Positions 1-11,221 of a DNA stretch of 64,000 nucleotides are shown here, piece by piece. A model generated the notes under the pieces. That model was not told the DNA's origin and did not search any database. It worked only from the letters and a program-made list of their open reading frames with translations. This stretch comes from Mobula hypostoma (lineage: Eukaryota). The DNA is taken from the NCBI RefSeq assembly GCF_963921235.1, contig NC_086108.1, forward strand, positions 55,616,001 through 55,680,000, given 5' to 3'. The position numbers and the translations under genes were made by a program. Numbering within the stretch: the first letter of the stretch is position 1; each line of letters opens with the position of its first letter.

Positions 1-308
1 GAATGCTGGATGAAATGTGATAGTTTTTGGGGTAACTGCAAGGTCTGTGTCTTTGCTATTGCCTAGTCCATGCTTGTGCTCAGTAGCGGGTGCGCTTTTT
101 TTTGCCAGAGGGAGGAGGGTTCGTTGCCTTGCTGCCGCTTACACGCGGGAGGGGGTAGCTGGGGGGGGTACTTTGGGGTTCTCACGTTCAACTGTTATTC
201 ATTCTTTGGGGCACTTCGCTGTTTTTGTGGATATTTTGTGAAGAGAAAATTTCATTTCAGGATGTATATTGTATACAGTTCTCTGACCTTAAATTGGACC
301 TTTGAACC
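1..308 (+). mobile_element. 3' part of a non-autonomous LINE-like repeat (same family as 5215-5400 and 31678-32487)
   Basis: End ...ttcaggatgtatattgtatacagttctctgaccttaaattggacctttgaacc matches the reverse complement of 31678-31760. No coding capacity. Confidence 0.6.
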
Positions 309-1249
309 TCTGTTTTGGCTGTACTGAAGCATTCTGTATCATTGTGTAGCACAGGTCCCCAAAGAACTACCACATGATGATTGCATCGTATCTTGTGACA
401 AGTTCTCATGATAGAGGTTTAGGAGGCCACTTTGCACTGATGACTGTGAGGTTGATAGCTGTCCAAGTTCATGGAAGTATCTTGTTGACAGAGTTATAGA
501 AAGACTGGAATGGAAAAAAAGCCTGTATAAACAAAGGAAAATAAAATAAGTGAGCTTGGATTTGTGGATCACTGACTCAATATTTATAGCATGTGAGCAT
601 GCTGTATATTCTTACTAGCTTCCAAATATTTATCGTGTCTGTCTGTTCAAGCCATATCCCGGTATACTGTTTGATTACATTGTGGTTATACTAGATGAAA
701 GCAATTACTGGATGAAATAATGGAACATCATTCTGAATGCAGCCTTTCCTGCTTTCCCAAAGCTTTAAGTACAAGAACTTCCAGTCAGTACAGCAGATGG
801 GGTTGTGTGATAATCTCTACTTGGCTGTCGCCTGCCAAAGTGTAAGGGTATGCCTCAGCAGATTCTACAGTTACTGCAGCTGTCTGCATGAATCCTGGTT
901 GCATTGCAATGCTGACGTCAAAATGAGTATTCAAATGAATCTGGTGAATCCAATAAACCCCACAGGAATTGAATGAATAGCAAGAGCATAAAAGCATTTA
1001 GATGAATAATAAATGCTGACAATTTTCTACAGTTTCCAGCATAGTAAAAGATCAGCAAATATCTGATTCAGAATCTAGCTTGGTTAATGACATTGTACTA
1101 AGTTAGGTAGTGTTAATAATGTCTTTATATATTAAAAAAACACTTTAATGTAGTGTCTGAGGACATTGTTCTGCCAATATATATTTTTCAAATTACAGCA
1201 ATAGCGACAATTTGAAGGAATGAGACCTTATGCTTGTAAAAGTAATGCT

Positions 1250-1470
1250 TGTAGAGGTGCTGCTTCACAGAGCCGGAGACACAGGTTCAATCCGGGCCTC
1301 TTTTGCTGTCTGTTGTGGAGTCTGCACATTTTCCCTTTGAGCAGGAGGGTTTACTCCGATTGACTGTGTGCTTTGGTCTTCTCCCGAAGATGTGCAGGTT
1401 GGTAAGCTAAATGGCCTCTGGCAATTTTCCTTGTTTATGGATGAATAGTAGGATCTGAGAGAGTTGATGA
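1250..1470 (+). mobile_element. tRNA-derived V-SINE (HE1-like), degraded
   Basis: B-box-like ggttcaatcc followed by a V-domain-like core ctgttgtggagtctgcacattttccc...gggtttactcc...gaagatgtgcaggttgg. Confidence 0.6.
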
Positions 1471-1471
1471 A

Positions 1472-1812
1472 TCTGAATCAGAATCGGTTTATTATTACTG
1501 GCATGTGATGTGAAATTTGTTAACTTAGCAGCAGCAGTTCAATGCAATACATAATCTAGCAGAGAGAGAAAAAATAAATAAAATAAAACATAATAATAAA
1601 TAAACAAGTATATCAATCACATATATTGAATAGATTATTAAAAATGTGCAAAAGCAGATTCATATTTTTTAAAAAAGTGAGGTAGTGTTCAAAGCTTCAA
1701 AATCCACTTAGGAATCAGATGGCAGAGGGAAACAAGCTGTTCCTGAATCCGAGTGTGTGCCTTCAGGCTTCTGTACCTCCTACCTGATGGTAACAGTGAG
1801 AAAAGGGCATAA
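1472..1812 (-). mobile_element. Rex-Babar/L2-group LINE 3' fragment
   Basis: (ttctga)-type tail read as gaatcagaatc on +. Closely similar to 41516-41860. Confidence 0.7.
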
Positions 1813-1984
1813 TCATACAATTTAAAGGTTACTTACTCTTGAATAGGCAAGTCTTAACATTTTTGGGACATTCAATGGGTACATGTTGGAACTATGTCCT
1901 TTATTTGCTTGAATGCTAAATTTCAATGAGATATTAATGTTATCAAGGGTCGGCAGGAAAGGGCAAACGAGTTTAGGTGCGGCA

Positions 1985-4900
1985 AACGAGTTTTGGTGCA
2001 CGTATACAGATTGTTACATATTGGTACCATTGACATAGGAAGGAAAAGCAAAGAGGTCTGGAAAAGAGAATTTAGAGAGCTAGGTAGAAAGCTAAGAAGC
2101 AGGACCCTCCTGGATAGTGATTTTTGTATTGTTACCTGTGCCATGCACTAGTGAGGGTAGAAACAGGATATTTTGGCAAATTAATGCATGACTGAGAAAC
2201 TGGTGCAGTGGGGAGAGGTGGGGGAGGGGGTGTTAGATGGGGAGGGGTGGGGAGAAGGGGGAAGAGGAGTGGGGAGAAGGGAGAAGAGGGGAGGGGAGAG
2301 AGGGGGTCAGGGCTTCAGGTTCTTGGATCATTGGGAGCTCTTCTCGTGGTGGTACGACCTGTTCAAAATTTACAGGTTGTGCCTGAACCTGAGTGAAACC
2401 AATTTTCTTGCAGGCAGGTTTGTTAGAGCTGTTGGAGAGGGTTTAAGCTAATTTGGCAGGGGGTGGGAACTAGATCAAAAGGACTCCATAGAATAGGTGG
2501 TAAAAAAGCAAAGATAGCGTGCAGTCTGACTGTCAGGAAGGACAGGCAGATGGTAGTACGTAATTGCAGCCAACAGGGTGAGTATAGGTGCATTAGGAAT
2601 GCAGAAACAAAAGGAGTAACAAATACAGGACTCAAAATGTTATATCTCAATGCATGGAGTATAAGAAATAAGGTGGATGATCTTGTTACAATATTACAGA
2701 TTGGCAGGTATGATGTTGTGGCCATCACTGAATTGTGGCTGAAGGATGATTGTAGTTGGGAGCTGAATGTCCAAGGTTACGTGTTGTATTGGAGGGATAA
2801 GAGGGTCGGCAGAGGAGGTGGTGTGGGTCTGCTAGTAAAGAACAGCATCAAATCAGTAGAAAGATGAGGCAGTGGATTGGAAGATGTTGAATCTTTGTGG
2901 GTTGAGTTAAGAAATTGCAAGTGTAAAAGGACCTTGATGCCAGTTATATACAGGCCTCCCAACAGTAGCTAGGATGTGGACCATAGATTACAACAGGAAA
3001 TAGAAAAGGCGAGTCAAAAGGGCAATGTCGTGGTAGTCATGGGAGATTTCAACATGCAGATCAATTGGGGAAAATCAGTTTGGAAATGGATCTCAGTCAG
3101 TGAGTTTTTGAATACCTTCGTGATGACTTTTTAGAGCAGTTTGTCATTGAGCCTACGAAGGGATCAGCTATACTGAATTAGGTGTTATGTAGTGAAACGG
3201 AGGTGATTAGGGAGCTTAAGGTAAAAGAACCCTTAGGAAACAGTGATCACAATATGATTGAGTTCAACTTGAAATTTGATAGGGAGTAAGCAAAGTCTGA
3301 CGTAACAGTATTTCAGTGGAGTAAAGGAAATTACAGTGGTATGAAAGAGGAGATGGTTAAAGTAAATTGGAAGGAGATGCTGGCAGGGATGACAGCAGAG
3401 CAACAATGGCGTGAGTTTCTGGGGGAAATTAGGAAGGTCCAGGATAGATGTATTTCAAAAACAAATACTCAAATGGCAAAATAGTACAACTGTGGCTGAC
3501 AAGAGAAGTCAAAGCAAGTGAGAGGGCATGCAACAATGCAGAAATTAGTGGGAAGACAGAGGATTGGGAAGTTTTTAAAAGCCTACAGAGAGCATCTGGA
3601 AAATTGTAAATGTCACTCCCAGTTAGTCTGACCTCGGCGGTTGGGAAGATGTTGGAGTCAGTTGTTAAGGATGAGGTTATGGAGCGCTTGGTGACACAGG
3701 GCAAAATAGGACAAAGTCAGCATGGTCTCCTTAAGGGAAAATCTTGCCTGGTGAACCTGTTGGAATTCTTTAAGGAGATTTCATGTGGGATAGATAAAGG
3801 GATTGGAGTGGATGTTGTATATTTGGACTTTCAGAAGGTCTTTGACAAGGTGCTACACATGAGGCTGCTTATCAAGGAATCCATGGTATTACAGGGAAGT
3901 TGCTGGCATGGTTAGAGCATTGGCTGATTGGTAGGAGGCAGCAAGTGGGAATAAAATGAACCTTTTCTGGATGGCTGCCAGTGATAGTGGTGTTCCACAG
4001 GGGTTGGTGTTGGGTCCACTTCTTCTTATGCTGTGTACCAATGATTTAGATGATGGAAAAGATGGCTTTCCTGCCAGGTTTGCAGATGATGCAAAGATTG
4101 GTGAAATTGCAGGTTGTATTGAGGAAATAGAAGGACTTAGACAGATGAGGAGAATGGGCAAGAGATTGGCAAATGAAATACAATGTTGGAAAATGTATTG
4201 TCTTGCATTTTGATAGTAAAATAAATGTGCAGACTATTTTCTATTGGGGGGAAAATCCAAAAATCTGAGATGTAAAGGGACTTGTGCAGAACACCCTAAA
4301 GGTTAACTTGCAGGTTGAGTCAGTGGTGAAGAAGGCAAATGCCATGTTAGCATTCATTTTAAGAGGACTAGAATACAAGAGCAGGGATGTGATGCTGAGG
4401 CTTTAAAAGGCACTGGTGAAGCATCGCCTTGAGTGTTGTGAACAGTTTTGGGCTCCATATCTAAGAAAAGATGTGCTGACTTTGGAGAGGGTTCAGAGGA
4501 GTTTCACAAGGATGATTCTGGGAATGAAAAGGTTATCATACAAGGAACATTTGATAGCTCTGGGTCTGTTCTCTCTGCAACTTAGAAGGATGAGGGGTGG
4601 GGGGTGTTCTCTTTGAAACCTTTCGAATGTTGAAAGGCCTAGTTGGAGTAGATGTGGAAAGGATGTTTTCCATGGTGGGGGAGTCAAGGACAAGAGGGCA
4701 CAGCCTCAGTATAAAGGGGCATCCATTTAAAATGGAGATGCAGAGAAATTTCTTTAGCCAGAGGGTGGTGAATTTGTTGAATTTATTACAACAGACAACT
4801 GTAGAGACCAGGTCATTTGGTGTATTTAAGGCAGAGATTGATAGGTTCTTGATTGGGCATGGCATCAAAGTTTATGGGTAGAAGGCTGGGGAGAGGGGCT

Positions 4901-5010
4901 GAGGAGAGGACAAAAGGATCAGCTATGATTGAATGGTGGAGCATACATGATGGGCCAAATGGCCTAATTCTGCTCCTATGTCTTCTGATCTTAAGATCTT
5001 ATCTTATCTT
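1985..5010 (+). mobile_element. CR1 LINE, long degenerate copy (ORF1 esterase remnant plus APE-RT ORF2)
   Basis: ORF1 SGNH-like remnant near 2015-2450 (HIGT.DIGRK...FRELGRKLRSRT; GFRFLDHWELF). APE start LYLNAWSIRNKVDDL. RT motifs YLDFQKVFDKV, SGVPQGLVLGP, FADDAK. CR1 3' hairpin and tail near 4950-5010. Many stops and frameshifts, and an internal deletion near 3600. Confidence 0.92.
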
Positions 5011-5214
5011 ATTTCATTTCCTTCTACCAGATCTAAGTCGATGTGACTTTTTAAAATGAATACTGACACTACTACTTTTGATTGTAGATTTCCCCCAATA
5101 TTTAACTTTCTGTCTTTCAAACAAAATTTTATACAAAACCAAGTTGTGCAACATGAATTCATAGTAGAATTTCACTTTAGTTTGGCTGCTCACGTCCAAA
5201 TGCTTCTGTTGATT

Positions 5215-5400
5215 ACCAGAGAATGTATACGGTATACAACCTGAAAAACTTGTCATTTCAGAGAAATAGAAGAACCCCAAAAGAATGAAGAATGCTAGAA
5301 CCGCAAAGTCCCCTCTCCCCGCAAAAGCAACAGCAATCATCAAAGCATCAACCTCTCCCCTCCTCTCCCCACCCCCTGCACATTTCAGCAAAAAGCAAAA
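5215..5400 (-). mobile_element. Fragment of the 31678-32487 repeat family
   Basis: agagaatgtatacggtatacaacctgaaa...gcagcaatcatcaaagcatcaacct aligns by eye to 31703-31860. Confidence 0.5.
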
Positions 5401-5479
5401 GCTGCAAATTGTAGTGTTCTTGTGAGGTGTATGATTAATCTCACTTTGTCAAGTCTCAACCCTTGCAACCTAACTGCAG

Positions 5480-6340
5480 CTTCCATCTGGGTTACCAACA
5501 CCACTCTCCTCGAATACTTCTTTACCAAGACCATATTGAGTGAAATTGCCCTTGTCTGGTTTTACTCTTATCTGCTAACTTGTAGACAGGCAATCACCCT
5601 GCAGTGGCTCTATTTCCATTTACCCCAGTAATCCCTCAATGGTCCATCCTAATGCCTTCAGTTTTAGTTCTTTATCTCTTTTATATGCATCTGCCGGAAG
5701 CTTCATCTGAGAACAAAACACCACTTTCTGCACACACACTGAAAGCGGCAGCTCAATCTTACCTCAAAGCATCTCGACTTTTGGTGCCTCTCATTTGCCA
5801 TGCTGCTTGTCCAGTATTCAAAATGAGTGAACAGAAATCTTCGCAAGCCCAACAACAGGGAGACTGAAGCCTTTGTCTTTGATCTATGTTGTAAAATTCA
5901 TGTGCTCAACATAATTTGTATGCTTCTCCCTGCCTGTGGTCTAAAGCCATCAGACCTTTCAGACTTGGATTTGATTTTGGTACCAATGCTGTCCACTTGC
6001 ATGTGCATACCATTACCAAACCTTATGCAACTTTAGCTCACCTATAGCCGAAACTACTCCCGCCCCCCTTCCTATGGCTGGCCACCCTTGTTTGAACTTG
6101 TGTAAACTTGTGCTCCTCCAAAACACTTCTCCCCATTCACTGACATCTGATCTGTTCACTTATCTTCTTCGCATTCTTTGACCTGTGCTGGATATTACAA
6201 TGATAGTGCATCTATTTCATAATTCCTTTGCTTGTTTTCAAACCTTGCACCCGCCCCCCCCCCCCAGTCTTGCCTCTTCCTACCTCTGCAATGAGATCTT
6301 TCTGCTCCTCCAGTCCCCTGATCTTTTAACACTGTGCCTT
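5480..6340 (+). mobile_element. Ancient L2-like LINE relic
   Basis: Remnant MNRNLRKPNNRETEAFVF resembles the L2 C-terminal motif WM..NFLQLN..KTE.IVF. Heavily decayed. Confidence 0.45.
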
Positions 6341-6599
6341 TGGCAAAATGGGATGCATATTTGCATTTCTGATATTTTGAAATACTTCTTTTCTATTTTA
6401 TTTGATCTTACTGAAAATCATTACACTACAACTTGGAGTTGTGTGGCAACTGAATTGGTGTTTTATGTGAGAAAATCTTGTATTTGCATGTCCTTCAAAG
6501 CTTACTGATTAATGGGAATTTATAATAGTCAAGGACTTTAAAAGTCAGAATGTTACTGAGATCATGAAGGATCATTTCCAGAAGATAAAAATCCCGGTA

Positions 6600-7210
6600 T
6601 TCATTGAAACAGATTCAACTCTGTCAACTTGCTCTACTCAGGTATATCATTGTGTACATGCAGAACAGGGAGTGAGCGTGTACCAGATCAGCTTGGACCA
6701 GGAGAAGGCCTTTAATCACTTACTGCATGTGCACATCATGGACAAAATGGGTTTTGGGGAAGGAATCAGGAATTGGATAAAATTGATAACAGTAGCACAA
6801 TCAAAATTAATTGTTGGGGAACAAGAAGCTTTCCCTTCAAATCAGGAATCAAGTAAAGCTGCAACTTTCTTTCAAGCCCTTGTCCAAATACATCTGGAAG
6901 AACATAAGTCAAAGCCTGCTTGTAGATGTATGACATCATGGTCTTCTGATCAAATCCACTGTTTCTCTGCTGGTTCATCAGCATTTATAACCAGTTTAAA
7001 CTGGCCTTGAAGGGCCAGTTAACTGAGGTGGCCCTTACCCTGCTTCTACACTGTAGCAGTTACCTGAACCATCATATGCTTTATCTGGTGATACAGTCTG
7101 GATAGTCTCTTTCAGGTCATGGTGTATATGTCTCCAGAGTAAAGAAGAACAAATATACCAAATATAATTGTCATCCTGATGGCCCACTTTATATGTGGTG
7201 CATAGGTAGT
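6600..7210 (+). mobile_element. Tx1/L1-clade RT relic
   Basis: ORF 6564-7010 contains ISLDQEKAFN...MDKMGFGEGIRNWIKL, typical of Tx1/L1 RT. Confidence 0.75.
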
Positions 7211-8780
7211 GCCAGAATGTGCAAACACCAAGAATTACAGAAAGACTTCATTGCTGTTCCAGAAGAAAGGAAATTGATGAGATAAAAAGGAAAATGTCTG
7301 AAATAATATCAGTAAAGTTGGATAATACACAGCAGATAAATCTGAAAGAGAAAAAAAACACATTTCAGATGTTATCAACCATTTTAATTCTTGCAATCAG
7401 ACGTTAAATTTAAATTTTAATATGAGCAACTATTTTGGAATACTTCACATCTAATTAATTATTATTGAAGTGTGCTTGCTGCTACATATGTAAGTAAACA
7501 CACTATTTTATTGGACACAGTAAAATTTGCACAAATTGCCAAGAATTAAATAGAATATGTGCCACATTCAACCCAATCAGACCAATGCTGCCATTTTAGC
7601 TTCACTGTCTTTATCCTCATCCAAATCTATCAGCATCTGCTATACTCCCTATTCACTCATCTGCTTGACCAGGCTTGCTTTACGTGCATCTATACCATTT
7701 GCCTTAATTGAACGATCAATGGCATAATAAAGAACTTTCTTTAAAAGACAAAAAACCTCATCCTCGATTATGGTGGAGCTCAAACCAAGAATACCAAAAA
7801 CAAACATGTTCAGCCTGAAGCATTGAGTGGGTAAGCCATTTTGATTTATTTTTGCGAAACCCACCATCACTGAACCCAGCCTTATGCTAATGTGATTTCC
7901 TTTAGGTGATATGTACAAATATACAGCTGACAGCCTTAGATAAAGTAGACTCCAAATTTACATCAGCAGTTTTATCTCACCACAAGTGGTTTCTAATTTA
8001 AGTAGGTTCTTGAGAATTCAAAATTCTCAATTTTGGAAGTGTCATAATGAATAATTTCTCAGTGTTTGGAATAAAATTTATAAACCAGAAAGGAATGGCC
8101 AATTTACTACATTCTGAGGAGCTTACCAATCTAAATTAGAATGTAACTGCAAGTCGTGGACAGAATGTATTAATCACACAAAATTAACTTTAAATTTGAA
8201 CTATTCATCCATTGAGACTATTAATAAAATTTGCAATACTCTTGAACTTTGTTTAAGGATTCCAACTACAGACTGTTTTTGATGTGCTTATGAGTCACAC
8301 AAAGATAAGCAAAGGAGTACAAACTCCTTTGCACACAGATACTGAGAAATTAAACCCATTTGCAACAAAATTATAGAGGAATAATTGTCTTACTGTTGTT
8401 CTGAATTAATTACTCAGATCAGTGAACTGTTACATCAATATTATCCACATAGCTCCATTTTAAATATCAACAATATCTTGTAATTGTACTGCTATTGAAA
8501 GCAAGTTCACTTGCTATATGAGATTTGTGATCTGTAAAATCACAATTTCGTAAATGGAGTTCAACAGATATGTCCTCTTTATTACGCTTTACACACAGAC
8601 AACTGAGGACAAATTTCTGCCCATGTTGCTTATATAATATTAAGGTAATTGGAGGAAAGTATAGGGGGGATGTCAGCGGTAAGTTTTTTTCACATAGAGG
8701 GTGGTGGGTGCATGCAAGGCCCTGCCAGGACCAGCAGTAAAGGTAGGTACATTAGGTCATTTAAGAAACTCTTAGAGAGG

Positions 8781-9351
8781 TGTAACTCTTGCTTCAGCTA
8801 GTGGCTTGATATAGACCCCTGGCCCCGCCAAACTTAAGAATTCTCATTTGGGTGGATGCTGCGCAATGTGTCCCCTGTTACAAATCAGTACCGCAAAATA
8901 ACAAACAGTACACAATATGCGATTAAACGATTGAGCTTTATAATTCTTCATTTGACTATATGGTGAGTAAAGAAAACAAAAAAAAGAAAAAGTGTCCATT
9001 CTCATGAAACAGTCTATTGCTCAAGGTTGGAGCTCACTGATAAGGCTGTTCATCCACCATCGACCTCCTCCGATCATCGCTGACCTTCAGACCCTCGCTG
9101 CAAGTTCACTCCGTCCGAGGTCTACCATCTCTCCCCATTCGTGTCTTCTTTCCTCATCTCTCCCCGGCAAAAGACTGCGATTTCCCGGCTCCCAGACGCA
9201 CAAGAAAGAACAACATCCCGCTCATTGGCTAGCATGCCCCGTTATCTCTGGTCGTAACCTAAACATTGCTGTTACAGAGAAGCCATCACCTCAGTGTGGA
9301 GCATTATGGAGAAGCCATTACATTAGCAGTGAAACTTTACAGCGTGTTACA
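8781..9351 (-). mobile_element. Solo LTR (Gypsy/ERV-type)
   Basis: Termini tgtaac...gttaca (TG..CA, 6-bp inverted). Flanks gagg/tagg (4-bp TSD with one mismatch). Homologous to 21224-21813. Strand is inferred. Confidence 0.8.
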
Positions 9352-9355
9352 TAGG

Positions 9356-9830
9356 CGACACAGATAAAATCCTGGGAGAGCTCAGCAGATCAGGCAGCAT
9401 CTCTGGAAAAGAGTAAACTGCCGACATTTGGGCTGAGAACCTTCTTCAGGACTGAGGGAAGGGGTGAAATGCCTGAATTAAAAGGTAGGGGAAGGGGAAA
9501 GAGGCTAGCTGGAAGGTGATAAGTGAAACCCCGGTTGGTGGGAAAGGTCAAAGGCTGGAGAAGAGTTAATTTGATAGGAGGGTAGAGTGAATAATAGGAG
9601 TAAGGGAAGGAAGGGTCCCAGGTGGAAATGACAGGCAGGTAAGAAGTAAAGGGTCAGAGTGTGGAACAAAGGGCGGGGGGGGGCGAAGGAGGATTTTTGT
9701 TCACCAGAAGGAGAAATCAATATTCATGCCATCAGGTTGGAGGCTAACCAGAAGGAATAAAAGCTGTTATTCCTCCACCCTGTGGGTCTCCTAATCTTGG
9801 CACAAGAGGAGGCCATAGATCAACATGTTG
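9356..9830 (-). mobile_element. Penelope-like element 3' fragment with a decayed hammerhead
   Basis: Reverse complement of the GIY-YIG C-terminus (LQPDGMNIDF-like), the pyrimidine tract and the terminal segment of 43270-43825. Confidence 0.8.
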
Positions 9831-10976
9831 GATAGGCACATAGAAGATAGGAAAATTGAGGGCTATGTAGGAGGGAAGGATTAGATTGATCTAGAGTAGG
9901 TTAAAAAGGTTGGCACAACATCATGAGCCAAAGGGCCTGTACTGTGTACTGTATCGTTCTATATTCTATGTACAGAGAAAGCTAATCTCGCAAGCTTGAG
10001 GCTTTGGTAATGCCAGACCTGCAGAGTTTCTTAAGTATTGGATATTTTCCTGTTAATATCCTAATATACTTTAAATTCATTTTTATTTTGAATATTATGC
10101 AGTATAATGAGTTTCCCAGCAAAACTGATAAGTTTAAGTGAAGAAGTAGAAACAGAACCTTCATAGGTGTGAAGGGAGTGGGAAGAGCTGGAGTCTGAGG
10201 TGTTGAGGAGAGCATTGAAAGCCCAGACTCCGGTCTGTGCAGAGGAGAGCAGGAGCCATCCAATCTGCAAAATCATTGGGATTTCTGAATAACTGGGCAA
10301 AATATAATCGGAGTTACATCATGAGTAGTGATAATATTCAAGCAAGTTAACGATGAACAATGTAGAGGATATTATAAGCTAGTGTACATTATTGGTATTG
10401 CGTTGTTAGAGTTAATCTTCCTATTAATTTGGATATTTAGTATTTAGTGCTAATATAACTAAGTTTAGTTGTGTTCCGATATAAACAGAAATTGCTGAAC
10501 AAGCCAGGCAGTTTTTGTGAAAAGCAAAACACAAATATTTCCTGGCCTGTTGAGTATTGCCAACATTTTCTATTTCAAATTAAGATTTACTGCATCTGCT
10601 GTTTTGTTTTGCTTTTTAATATAGGTGTGCTCAGTGTCTTTATCAAATCCATTGCACTTAACATGCATTTAATTTAGCAAAGTGCGATTGTATCATTTTA
10701 TTACTGGCTTATATTTTGTGCTTTCCACTGACAGATTGGCTTTGAATGTATTCATGGTGTGTTGTCTGTTCATTTTGCAAGAAAATGAATATACATGATT
10801 CGGATTTTCCAATACATATTTATATCAACACATTAAAATCCACAGTGGAAAGAGAAAGCAGTATAAAAGTTCCACCCACATATTTCCAAATATTACAAAG
10901 TAGAACTACTTATTTAATGATGGCATTTTCTGTTCAGTTACAAAATACACGTGGACTAAGATGTTAACTGTCCTGT

Positions 10977-11101
10977 GCTATCACCAGTGGGATCATCAGT
11001 TGATCTGCCACCTGTCTTCAGGAGTTTCGGCCCGCCTATGATCAAGACTCCCTCGAGGTGGTGGGCCAGCAGTGCTAAAGCACCACCTCCCACTGGTAAG
11101 C
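10977..11101 (-). ncRNA. Putative rearranged (non-circularly permuted) hammerhead ribozyme with a kink-turn, in the 3' UTR of the Hero-like element
   Basis: GUC at 11048-11046, GAAA at 11028-11025, CUGAUGA at 10999-10993. Stem III GGGAGU/ACUCCU, stem I UUGAUC/GAUCAA, plus four further helices (see findings). Confidence 0.75.
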
Positions 11102-11221
11102 TTAAAAACTTGGCATATGCCTCTATCAGAGTTATTGGTCACTTCCATCCAACAGATAGTCTACTCTTCAGGTCTCTATGCAACTACCGAAGGGTTTGCA
11201 AGATATGTATACACTGTCTGA

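Larger units (their letters stand above)
8640..9975 (+). mobile_element. CR1 3' fragment interrupted by a solo LTR and a Penelope fragment
   Basis: ...tttttcacatagagggtggtgggtgcatg...tttaagaaactcttagagagg at 8640-8780 resumes as gataggcacat...gggcctgtactgtg...ttctat tail at 9830-9975. Confidence 0.75.

Noticed and set aside
370..445. Possible C/D box snoRNA (ATGATGA ... CTGA)
   Set aside because: No convincing terminal stem or recognisable rRNA antisense element. Such motifs occur by chance.
785..997. 70-aa minus-strand ORF in unique DNA as a host exon
   Set aside because: No recognisable homology and only weak splice signals.
11015..11021. Second CUGANGA (CUGAAGA, minus strand) suggesting a double hammerhead
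   Set aside because: No second GAAA or stem II partner. The bases are fully explained as the end of stem III plus the kink-turn bulge and G.A pairs.
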